From Squalus acanthias (taxonomy: Eukaryota), in contig CM059431.1 in the NCBI GenBank assembly GCA_030390025.1, positions 123,196,001 through 123,260,000 of the forward strand: a stretch of 64,000 nucleotides of DNA, written 5' to 3'. The notes under the pieces are model-generated. The model saw nothing but the letters and a program-made list of their open reading frames with translations. It made no database searches and was not told where the DNA came from. Below are positions 1 to 11,626 of this stretch, piece after piece. The position numbers were made by a program, and so were the translations under genes. The first letter of the stretch is position 1. Each line of letters opens with the position of its first letter.

Positions 1-310
1 TCAAAGTATTAAAAAATTCTAACATTCCCTCCTTCTGAGCCTGAGTGGAACCTCTCTGGGTCAATTTTCACATGGGAATTTTCACTTACCTCTTAACTTT
101 CTTTCTGGCTCGCCTTACATCATCTTGGATTATCCAATCGGTTAATATTAGATTTACATAAACATACATAGCATATACGTATTGCTCCAATGATTCCTTT
201 TGGTCTTATATCATTTGTTGATAATTATCCATGAGCTCCCCTGTATGCCACACTTGGGAGAGCTCTCTGCTGACCCGATCCCTTTGTTTTCTCTTTAATT
301 TTGTAAGGGC

Positions 311-1830
311 TCACTTAAGCAATACGTACTTGATAATCACCAGCACCAATATGCAGCATCAAAAAATAACTAATAGTTGTGAGATAATTTCTTTCCATGG
401 GTGTAGTGAGATGTTATTTATGTGCTCCCACCAAGATTTCCTCCCTAGCCCCTCAATCTCTGTTGCCAAAATTTGATTTTCCTGATGTAGCTAGTGCAGC
501 TCTTTTACTGAGATCATGGTTCATCTATAATCACTTTTATTTTAATGTTGGGGGGAATTAGATATCCATATTGAATCAACAATTTGTCAGTGGCTGAGGA
601 CATACCAACGTCCACTGTGATGTTAGTGACATCATGCTTGATCACTGGTATCAGGACCTGATGATCAATCTTGGTAACCTGGGTAGGTTCAAAGCAGAAT
701 GAGAAATGGGTAACAGGGCAGCTGAAGGGTCCATACTCAAAAGAGGCCACAGCCGTAGTGACACAATAGTGTCCCTGTCCGATTAGTTTAATTTGTCTTG
801 GGTGCAACGTTGTTGTAGACATGGTACAGTTTGAAGTTTCCTTATTCCAAGCAAACCCACATGCCGGTTTAATAATTTCTCCTCGATCATATCAACACAT
901 CCATGTATCTTTGACCAATGAACATCCTGCCATGTCTGGCAGTGTCCATGTTTCATTTATTTGTACCACATACGACAGGAAGGGGGTGATATTCCTTATG
1001 CATTTGCTCCTCCAATACCCAAATTGATTCTACCACCCATACTTTTACGGCCACATGGGTCTCTAGGATTGGCAGGGCAAGAATTATCCCTACCAGAGCC
1101 TTGGTCTTATCATGGCATGGGTGAGATGAAGCCCTGCCCAACCTCCTTAGTTCAACAGTGGAAAATTTGGAAGAAGTGACCTTCCATTGTGTGAGCTGTT
1201 TTTCTGACACAGGTGTGGGGATTAAGTTGTTCTGATTATCGTCCAGTCCCTGTTGTATTTAGGAGAGAAGGAATGCCCCATACATGCTACAAGCAACCCC
1301 CTTTGAGGCATTACTTGAAGTCTGAGTATCCTCTTGGATAAGTGTGTTAATTTTGTTCTGGATTCTTTGGTCATTTGATACTAGATCTGTCACTGAAAAC
1401 AACACCTGTCTAACCTCCCATCCTTGGTCATCTAGCATGTGGTTCTCCGTTAGCAGCATTTCTTTAAGCTGGCGTTGCAGCTTCTCATCACGTTCAGCTA
1501 AGGACTCAATGTCCGTCCTATTCCACCTTGCAGTGCTCCCCACAGCTCTAATACCTAACCATTCGGCCACTCCCCACTTTTTATGGTGTCGGGAGGAAGG
1601 TGGAGCAGAGGACTGGTTAACCTCGCTTGTGGTGGCAGGGGCCGGAGGTGAAACTCGAACTCGGAGGTTTTGGAGCTAACGTCTTATCAGCTGTTGTAAA
1701 AAGTTACATATGCCAGGTTGCAAAGTTTTTCTGGTATGGACACACTGCTAAAGTTAAACATCACTGGAAATATTTCATATTGTACATCATTATGTAGAAT
1801 TTGTCCTGTATCTCAAGCTATTAGTCCATT
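311..1830 (-). pseudogene. env: Decayed env (F-like fusion glycoprotein) of an older retrovirus-like element, homologous to the env at 35571-37922
   Basis: Minus-strand fragments align colinearly with the intact env: NGLIA*DTGQILHNDVQYEIFPVMFN vs GNGLVLVPTDQILFQGVHYAVASVILN; KLQRQLKEMLLTEN...INTLIQED...ACSMYGAFLL vs GLKTQLKDILTDEN...VNALIRED...VCVLYGAWLL; GQGHYCVTT...CPVTHFSFCFEP...YGYLIPP vs GGGTYCVTT...CPVSDSSFCFKP...FGYLIPP; SWWEHINNISLHPW...IISQLLV vs PWWNLFTNIEVPSW...IASHILV. Stops and frameshifts present; cut at ~1830 by a CR1 tail. Confidence 0.88.
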
Positions 1831-1831
1831 A

Positions 1832-2140
1832 TATAGAATTACATAGAAAAAAACAGCACAGAAACAGGCCATTCAGCCCAACCAGTCCATGCTGGCATTA
1901 ATGCTCCACTTGAGCCTCCTCCCATCCTTCCTCATCTCACCCTATCAGCATAACCCTCTATTCCCTTCTCCCTCATATGCTTATCTAGCTTCCCCTTAAA
2001 TGCATCTATACTATTCGCCTCAACTATTCCCTTTGGTAGCGAGTTCCACATTCTCACCACTCTCACTCACTCTTCTGAATTCCTTATTTGATTTCTTGGT
2101 GTCTATCTTATATTGATAGCCCCTAGTTCTGGTCTCCCCC
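1832..2140 (-). mobile_element. CR1 LINE 3' end fragment
   Basis: Reverse-complement CR1 tail (catagaa...acagcacagaaacaggccattcagccc) followed by RT C-terminal sequence similar to the other CR1 copies here. Confidence 0.75.
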
Positions 2141-2608
2141 ATGGAGGGGGCAAGTGGCATTCAGAGCTATTTCCTTTGACACCTCTTTCTTTTGTATTTG
2201 TAGCCGTATGCATTTATCTCTATGGGCTTGTCAAAGTTGCGAGGGCATGTTGGATAAGACAAAGGGATTACACAGGATGTAAGTGGAGTGTTCAACAACC
2301 TCCTGCCGAGGTTGTGGCGGCCGATCGGGAGAAGACCTGAAGAAATTCCCGGTGATTACGTCTTGAGTTACATATGCCTGAGAGCTATATTTATGGTGTA
2401 ATAAATATATTTAACATCATGTAAGTCAGAAAAAGAATAAAGTTAGCCAGTGTATGTCATAAGTACTTCCAACAAGTTTCTTCCGCACAGCGCTGTCTCT
2501 CTCTAGGTTCTGGGACTTGAGTTCTATTCTGTTTTCAGAGCTTGGATTTTTCAAATGGGTTAAGGAGTTCTCGCTCCTGTTGGCACATTTTGTGTATGTA
2601 TGAGAAAA

Positions 2609-3012
2609 AAACAACAATAACTTGCATTTATATAGCGCCTTTAACATAGTTAAACATCCCAAGACGCTTCACAGGAGCGTTATCAAATAAAATTTGACAC
2701 TGAGCCACATAAGGAAGTATTAGGACAGGTGAACAAAAGCTTGGTCAAAGAAGTAAGTTTTAAGGAGCGTCTTAAAGGAGGATAGAGAGGGAGAGGGGCG
2801 GAGAGGTTTAGGGAGGGAATTCCAGAGCTTAGGACCCAGGCAGCTGAAGGCATGGCCGCCAATGGTGGAATGATTAAAATCAAGTTGCGCAAGAGGCCAG
2901 AATTCGAGGAGCGCAGAGATCTCGGAGGGTTATGGAGCTGGAGGAGATTACAGAGATAAGGAGGGGCAAAGCCATGGAGGGGTTTGAAAACAAGAATGAG
3001 AATTTTAAAATC
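2609..3012 (-). mobile_element. L2 LINE 3' end
   Basis: ORF ...FKILILVFKPLHGFAPPYLCNLLQLHNPPRSLRSSNSGLL is the typical L2 ORF2 C-terminus; tail reads acaacaataacttgcatttatatagcgcc on the + strand. Confidence 0.8.
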
Positions 3013-4844
3013 CCTTACCAATTTTATTGGTCCAGTTGCCCTGAAAAGTTGTTGGTGCACACACATCTATGCAAATGAGTAACTTGCTATCAATTAGAGG
3101 CGGACACACTGGCTGATTCACCCACATCCACTCCGCCACCACACCCTGCCCCCCTCCCCCCGTCAACCCAGGATCATGAAAGATATTTATATCATTCTGT
3201 CTGTGCTGAGATCAGCTCGCTCAGCACAAACAAGGAATTAAGGGAAGTAGAATAAGGAAGATTCCATGACTGATGGGCACTGGAGGGACTGCAGTGCATA
3301 GTCAACACCAGGAACAATATTCTGATTTAATTTGATAGGTTTCCTTTTGTTTTACTTATAATTTGGAGTTTATTGTTTGTGCCCCTTTATTACTGATGAC
3401 ATCTGAGTCATTCTAATTGGCATTTTGTAAGAATTAGGAAAAGGAAGAGTGCAAAGGTCCAGGCACACTATGGTCACAGAACTTTTCTCTCCTAACCTGC
3501 AGATCCACAGGCTGCAAGGAAGCAGATTCACCCCCATGAATGCCTCATGGTGAATTCTTAATCAGAGCTGTATTGTGGGTTGGGAGGCACCAACATAGCT
3601 ATCTTAAGCTAAAACAGAGATGATATTTGGCATCAACATTAGCAGTGACATTAACTGGCGTAATTATCAAAGTTAATGCAAGAGACATAAGTTGGCATCA
3701 GCAATAATGTGCCAATTACAGCAGGGAACATTGTAGGCACCAATATCAAAATGACTGTCATTAATTCATAACATTACAAGACATATTGGCATTAAAACCA
3801 GAATGATAGTTGCTGCAGGAGACAGTGCTTGGCATCAATAAATGACGATAATCATTGGAGAAGCTGTTTGGCATTAGCAAGTGATTGATGATTAGAGGAG
3901 CCAGCTGGTGTCACCTAAACACTGGCAAATGATAAGATATCCAGAGTAAAATATTGGGACCCGAATTGTGCTGAGTTAGCGTATCTCAGCTACGGTAGTG
4001 GTGAGACCACAGCTCTAGCTCAGTGACCCTTGGCTAGGTAGGGGAAAATGAATTAGTGTTCCTGCTCCTGTGAATAATCCCTGTGAAAAGTGCGTGTGTG
4101 TGCACGTGTATGTGTGTGTCTGTATGTAGGTGCACGCATATAGATGTCAAGTGAAGGCAGAATCTGTTTTGTCTGTGAATCCCTTCATGAATGGATAGTC
4201 TGCCAACTGATGTCAACACCATGAAAAGTGGTTAGTTGGGCAAGGTTAAAGAGGGCACTAGGTATCCATGGAATCGTCGCACCCCGCCCCCCACCCCCCA
4301 CCCCCACCCCACCCCCCCCCCACCACCCCCAACCCCCCATATATTAGTGACTTCAGGAGAGGAGAAAATAAAAAAAAAATAGGTCTTCTGTCCCCCAAGG
4401 AAACTAATTCTTAAATATTGATGCAAAAACATAAATTCCATTTACTAATTGATTATAACAGTACAATAACCAGAATAGTTGTGCAAAACAGGCAATGGAG
4501 AATCGGCAGTCTGTTTTACACTCTGCCTGATTTTTTTTCATTAACTTCAATGGAAAAAGAAATAGGACGGAGTGTAAAAAAGGCTGCCCATTCACTACCA
4601 CCTGTTTTGAACTATTGCCCAAGACCAATTTCACCCCTAGTGTATATAGTAACAATGAATGGTCATCTGTGTTGTAGTAGGGAGACAAGCATAAATGTGC
4701 TGAATCCTTCAATCTGTTGGTTATCTTTGGTTCCTTAGTATTGTACCCCATAGATAATCTATTATTACTACTCCATCACAGGTTCCATTACAATGAGTCA
4801 CTATTCTGATGCAATGCGGCTGTACAAAATCACTGACTATACAA

Positions 4845-6668
4845 TCATAGAATTATAGAATGGTTACAACACAGAAGGAGGCCATTCGGCCCGTCGAGCC
4901 CGTGCCAGCTCTCTGCAAGAGCACTTCAGCTAGTCCCACTCCCCCGCCCTTTCCCTGAAGCCCTGCAAATCTTTTTCCTTCAGGTACTTATCCAATTCCC
5001 TTTTGAAAGCCATCATTGATTCTGCCTCCACCACACTTTCAAGCAGTGCATTCCAGATCATAACCGCTCACTGCATAAAAAAGTTTTTCCCCATGTCGCC
5101 TTTGGTTCTTCTGCCAGTCACCTTAAATCTATGTAATCTGGTTCTTGACCCTTCTGCCAATGGGAACGGTTTTGCTCTATCTACTCTATCTAGACCCCTC
5201 ATGATTTTGAACAGCTCTATCAAATCTCCTCTCAACCTTCTCTGCTCTAAGGAGAACAACCCCAGTTTCTCCAGTCTATCAACGTAACTGAAGTCCCTCA
5301 TTCCTGGAATCATTCTTGTAAATCTTTTCTGCACCCTCTCTAAGGCCTTCACATCCTTCCTAAAGTGCGGTGCCCAGAATTGGACACAATACTCCAGTTG
5401 AGGCCGAACGAGTGTTTTATACAGATTCATCATAACATCCTTGCTTTTGTACTCTATGCCTCTATTTATAAAAATGAGAAGTCGCACAACACCAGGTTAT
5501 AGTCCAACAGATTTATTTAATTTTACAAGCTTGTAAAATTAAATAAATCTGTTGGACTATAACCTGGTGTTGTGCGACTTCTCATTTTTGTCCACCCCAG
5601 TCCAACGCCGGCATCTCCACATCATGACCTCTATTTATAAAGCCCAGGATTCTGTGTGCATTTTTAACCGCTTTCTCAACCTGCCCTGCCATGTTCAACG
5701 ATTTGTGCACATGTACCCCGAGGTCTCTCTGTTGCCGCACCCCCTTTAGAATTGTACCCTTTAGTTTATATTGTCTCTCTTCGTTCTTCCGACCAAAATG
5801 TATCACTTCGCACTTTTCTGGTTTAAATTTCATCTGCCACGTGTTTGCCCATTCCACCAGCCTGTCTATGTCCTCTTGAAGTCTATCACTATCCTCATCT
5901 CTGTTCACTATACATCCAAGTTTTGCATCATCTACAAATTTTGAAATTGTGCCCTGTACACCCAAGTCCTAGTCATTAATATATACCAAGAAAAGCAGTG
6001 GTCCTAGTACCGATCCCTGGGGAACAACACTGTATACCTTCCTCGAAAAAACAACCGTTCACTACTACTCTCTGTTTCCTGTCACTTAGCCAATTTTGCC
6101 ACTGTCCCTTTTATTCCATAGGCTTCAACTTTGCTGGCAAGCCTATTATGTGGCACTTTAATCAAACGCCTTTTGGAAGTTCATATACACCACGTCAACT
6201 GCATTGCTCTCATCAATCCTCTCTGTTACCTCATCAAAAAACTCAATCAAGTTAGTTAAACACAATTTGCCTTTAACTAATCCGTGCTGGCTCTCCTTAA
6301 TTAATCCACACTTGTCCAAGTGACTGTTAATTTTGTCCCGGATTATCATTTCTAAAAGCTTCCCCACCACTGAGGATAAACTGACTGGCCTGTAGATGCT
6401 GGGTTTATCCTTACACGCTTTTTTGAATAAAGGTGTAACATTTGCAATTCTCCAGTCCTCTGGCACCACCCCCGTAGCTAAGGAGGATTGGAAGATTATG
6501 GTCATTACCTCCGCAATTTCCACCTTTACTTCCCTCAGCATCCTAGGATGCATCCCATCCAGTCCTGGTGACTTATCTACTTTAAGTACAGCCAGCCTTT
6601 CTAGTACCTCCTCTTTATCAATTTTTAGCCCATCCCGTATCTGAACTGCCTCCTCTTTCACTATGACG
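4845..6668 (-). mobile_element. CR1 LINE, 5'-truncated, degenerate RT
   Basis: Fragments KSPGLDGMHPRML...PEDWRIANVTPLFKK...YRPVSL, ISKFVDDAKL, YKTLVRPQLEYCVQFWAPH; frameshifted; short insertion at 5470-5627. Confidence 0.93.
5470..5627. repeat. Penelope-like terminal-repeat-derived insertion containing a 120-bp perfect palindrome
   Basis: 5470-5589 is a loop-less inverted repeat centred on aagctt; the insert is flanked by the direct repeat cctctatttataaa (5459-5472 and 5628-5641); same sequence family as 21388-21518. Confidence 0.75.
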
Positions 6669-7049
6669 TATGTTAATGTAAGGTGCAATTGGTATTGACT
6701 GAGTTAAATACTGAACAATACTGAAACAAATGTGTCTTAATTGTATGCAGAAGCCTCGAGTTGTTTTGTTTACAGCACTTCCTGCCATGTGCTATTTTCA
6801 GAATGTTTGCCCATACATGTCGCAGCTATGTGTGAAAATGGCTTACGGCTCATTTGGCTTCTAAAATATTAACAAGGTGTATATATTCCAGACAACTGAC
6901 AGCACAGTATGAGGGATTCTGAGGCATTTTATCATAAACATTCTGGATGCACATACATCACAGAACATTTTCAGATGTTCTATAATGAAATACATACAGC
7001 TCATACTGGAATGGATATACTAAACTGCAGATATAATATAGTCAAAAGG

Positions 7050-8080
7050 AAGCCCATATCCAGTGGTGTACCACAGGGATCGGTGCTGGGTCCTTTGCTG
7101 TTTGTAGTGTACATTAATGATTTAGATATGAATGTAGGAGGTATGATCAGTAAGTTTACAGATGACACGAAAATTGGTGGAGTGGTAAATAGCGAGGAGG
7201 GAAGCCTCAGGCTACAGGACGATATAGACGGGTTGGTTAGATGGGCAGAACAGTGGCAAATGGAATTTAACCCTGAAAAGTGTGAGGTGATGCATTTTGG
7301 GAGGACTAACAAGGCAAGGGAATACACAATGAATGGTAGGACCCTAGGAAGGACAGAGGATCAGAGGGACCTTGGTGTGCATGTACATAGATCCCTTAAG
7401 GCAGCAGGACAGGTAGATAAGGTGGTTAAAAAGGGCATATGGGATACTTGCCTTCATTAGCCGAGGCATAGAATATAAGAGCAGGGAGGTTATGATGGAG
7501 CTGTACAAAACGTTAGTTAGGCCACAGCTGGAATACTGTGTGCAGTTCTGGTCGCCACACTATAGGAAGGATGTGATTGCATTGGAGAGGGTGCAGAGGA
7601 GATTCACCAGGATGTTACCTGGGCTGGAGCACTTCAGCTATGAAGAGAGACTGGACAGGCTGGGGTTGTTTTCCTTAGAGCTGAGAAGGCTGAGGGGGGA
7701 CCTGATTGAGGTGTACAAAATTATGAGGGGCTTAGATAGTGTAGATAGAAAGGAACTTTTCCCCTTAGTAGAGGGGTCAATAACCAGGGGGCATAATTTC
7801 AAGGTAAGGGGCAGGAGGTTTAGAGGGGATTTGAGGAAAAACTTTTTCACCCAGAGGGTGGTTGGAATCTGGAACTCACTGCCTGAAAGGGTGGTAGAGG
7901 CAGGAACCCTCACAACATTCAAGAAGCATTTAGATGAGCACTTGAAACGCCATAGCATACAAGGCTACGGACCAAGTGCTGGAAAATGGGATTAGAATAG
8001 ACAGGGCTTGATGGCCGGTGTGGACACGATGGGCCGAAGGGCCTCTCTCTGTGCTGTATAACTCTATGACTCTATAACTC
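7050..8080 (+). mobile_element. CR1 LINE, 5'-truncated
   Basis: SGVPQGSVLGPLLFVVYINDLD...ISKFTDDTKIGG RT motifs, C-terminus ...GYGPSAGKWD, tail (ctctatga/ctctataa)n. Confidence 0.95.
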
Positions 8081-10169
8081 TAAATATATATAAAATGAGA
8101 TGAGCGGGGTTTACTGTACATATATTAAAAATTGGAATCACTATAGTCGGGGGAGGGGGTGCTTTTGATTTGTTTTAATTTAGAAATGCATTGGTCTCAT
8201 TGGCCTTTCCTCCTCCTTCTCCCCACCCCCCAAATAATGGGGGCAGTTTCCTACCACTGTTGTTGTTCAGCCAGACACTTGCAAGTTTAACTATTCCTTG
8301 GTGCTTTCTTCACAGATGGGATCGCAAAATTATTGTGCAGGGAAATTCAACGCCATGTGAAGTTTCTGATATAAACATGCCACAAACCCACAACACTATT
8401 TTTCTTCCAAAATATGCCAGCAGATCTCCTGTGACATTGTTCAAAGTGCGACAGAGGTCACTCTGTTGCTAGCTGGTTTCTTTTTCACCTTTAGGCACAG
8501 GAGTCAGCTGGGTGTGGTTAAACCACCTACATTTAATCCGACATAGAGGTGGTTTCATCAAGGCCAGTCCAACACTGCCAGCTATAACCTCAAATCTGCA
8601 AATAGTCACAGATATTAAATGTACATTTATTGAACCTCTGTTACATAAACTAAAGTACATCAATCAGGCATACTTTCCTGTTTTAACCAATAATTTTTCT
8701 AAACATAACTTTGAACATAAATAATTTGCCTTACAGTTTCTTCATGGTTAAACGTATTAATTCCATGTTTGAGTAAAAATAAAACAAATTGTGGTTCCTT
8801 TCAAAAACAGTCCTTCCCTATAATCATAGAAATAAAACCATAGAAATTTACGGCTAAGTAGGAGGCCATTCAGCCCATTGTGTATACCTAACAAACAGGC
8901 TTTCCCTTGTGTTTAAGGTGAATCTTACCCTCTTTTTCCCTTCCCACTCCAATATCACCCGACACACTCTGCATGATTAAGTGCAGCTGCTTTGAGCAGC
9001 CATTCATCTCTCTCTCTGCTTACCCTTGACACTAAAGGTTCCTCTCTTCCAGGTAAGGTCTAGAAGCTGTACCTGAGTGAGCAGAGGAAGAGAAGCGCAG
9101 CATGTTAGAAGAGGAAGCATCACTTGACCTTACCCTTGCAGGCACCAGATCATATACTGCCACCACATGCAGGCCAGAGGGCCAGTTAGATGGGTCTGCA
9201 CAGGGAGATGCACCCAGCACGAGTGCGCTGGAGCAAGGTCAGGGGGATCGGACAACCCACGAAGCAGCTCGCCTAAGGGAGAGCTTGCATCCGAGCCATG
9301 CTGCAGAGGGCACAGATGATGACATTGATGGCCTAGACTATAGAAAAAGGCTGATGGCTGTATACGAGAAAACTTCTAGGTGCACTGGGTTGCCTCAGAA
9401 TATTGGCACTCCAGTATGGAGGAGTCCAACTCCAACCTGTGTGTGATGCTTTCGTGGGACATCATAACACTGGAATCACCCATGGAGCCAGTGGTCAGCT
9501 CTGTCAACCTTACAGGGGTGCCTACAGCTATGAAACCCCTCGTGTCAGCTCTCACAGTTTTGCTGTGTGCTCAGACTGCAGCCATTTTTTCTGTCTTTCA
9601 AGCCATGAGAGACACAATGGAATGGGTCTCCAAGATATGTGCTTCACTCCTGCACCCAGGAAGAGCAGTGGGAGTGCTCAGGCTTAGCACTATTAGAACT
9701 ATAGTGGCACCCACCAGCATCTCAATCAGTGCCCTTGTTGGTATCAAGCAGCGAGCTGGGCCAGACTGTCCCGGCCGCTGATGAGAGGTAGCAGACTGCA
9801 TCCAAGCCCTCTGCCCCGAGAACTCCTCGAGGTCGCCCACCATGGCCATCTCAAGTGCCCTGAATGGTAGTTCAGCAGCTTTCCAACTCTCAAGCTCCAG
9901 GAGAACCACCTCATAGGAGCACCATAATAAGGAAAAGAGCACAGAAGTCAGGCACCAGAGCTTTGCACAAGTATTTGTCCACTTTGTGGAATTATGAAAT
10001 GAAAAATGACTCTTCTTTGTGTGTTGTTGGTCTTCTGTTAACTGTGCTGCTGGTTTAACTTTCACACTGATGGTGACGTGAGACTGAAGAAGGTTTGCAG
10101 TTTAAGGGCATTAATGTGATGGGTGTAAGGACCTTGGTGAGATGGGAGCAGAGATTGTTGGTACATTGA

Positions 10170-11626
10170 GGAGGGGAGGGATTGTTCAGGTGAAGCTCTC
10201 CTGGATTGATTGCCGTCTGGTAGCTCTGGCAGCTGCTGTGATTAGTCGCCCTGCTCTCTTCCTTGTCATCCTCATCATCTTCCGCCTCCTTCCTCATCTG
10301 GTGGTTCCAAGGGTTGGCTCCTATGGAGGGCAAGGTTAAGAAGTATGCAGCAAATGACCTACAAATGTGGATACTTGATCTGGGCTGCACTGCAAAACTC
10401 TCACGCATGGTTGAGGCAGCGAGTCTCTGCTTGAGAAGGGCCGTGGTCTGCTCAATCAGAGCTCTGGTGGAAGCATGGCTCCGATTATAGTACTTCTCAG
10501 GATCTGTGTTTGGGTTTCTAACAGGAGATATGTGACACGTGCTCAGGGCATATCTCTGCGCCCTAGCAGCCAGCCTGACACTCGATGCTCTGGGTGGAAT
10601 AGAGAGGGTATAGAGGACTGTCGCAGGATGAAGTTGTCATGACTACTGCCAGGAAACCAGGCACATACCTGCACGATGCGCTGCCAGTTGTCACATACCA
10701 GCTGCACATTGAGGGAGTGAAATCCCTTCCTGTTGACATACATGCCCAGGGTCTTGACGCAAACCAATGTAGGTGTAGTCAATTATTCGTTGCACTCGTG
10801 GGAAGCCTACATCTTGCTGAAGCCCCGAGAGATGAAGTTGTTCCTCCTGCAGTAGAGAGTGTCGTTGACATTCCTGATGCAAAAGGAAAAGAAAGACTTG
10901 CATTTATATAGCACCTTTCACGACTCAGGGTTTCCCATAGCACTTACAGCCAATGAAGTACTTTGGAAATATAATCACTGTTGTAATGTAGGAAATGCAG
11001 CAGCCATTTTGTGCACAGCAAGCTCCCGCAAACAACAAGATAAATGACCAGTTCATCTGATTTAGTGATGTTGATTGAGGGATCAATATTGGCCAGGACA
11101 CCGGGGAGAATGCCTCTGCTCTTCTTCAAAATAGTGCCATGGGACCTTTTAGGTCCACCTGAGAGGACAGATGGGGTGTCAGTTGAATGTCTCATCCGAA
11201 AGACGGCACCTCTGACAGTGCAGCACTCACTCAGTGCTGCACTGGAGTAGGATACTGAGTGATGTCGCTGATGTCACCTGTTGCTTCCTAGAACAACCGT
11301 GTGGCATAGAAATTCAGGGCTAAGATGACACTGACAACTACAGGCAGTTCTGGTTATGCTCTGGGTTGGAGTTCCAGCTTGTGCTGTAACCAGTGACACA
11401 GATCTGTGACCGCTTCCCTTGTGAAGTGCAGACTCCTGAGGGACTGCTCCTCAGTGAGATTGATGTATGAGACTCGAATGCTGAAGACCCGTGTGGTGTA
11501 GGGCCTCCTGCGTCCTCCCTTCCTTCTCCCTCTTCTTGCAGCAACTGCAGATCTGTGGACTCTCCCTTGCTGGTGCTGCTGCTCGTCATCAAGCTGCACC
11601 AATGTCAGACCCAGTCGAACACCCAT
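10170..11626 (-). pseudogene. HARBI1-like Harbinger DDE transposase pseudogene, interrupted by a SINE
   Basis: [48 protein letters not shown]...ARFPGSSHD-like and GWLLG motifs typical of Harbinger transposases; frameshifts present. Confidence 0.85.
10885..11250 (-). mobile_element. Deu-domain SINE (SacSINE1/AmnSINE-like) with L2-type tail
   Basis: Reverse complement carries tgctgcactgtcagaggtgccgtctttcggatgagac...cccatggcactattttgaagaagag...ggtgtcctggcc core and the tail tatataaatgcaagtctttc. Confidence 0.75.

Noticed and set aside
2140..2600. Possible LTR or continuation of the old env element (similarly 61980-62650)
   Set aside because: LTR-like composition, but no definable ends, TSD or protein similarity.
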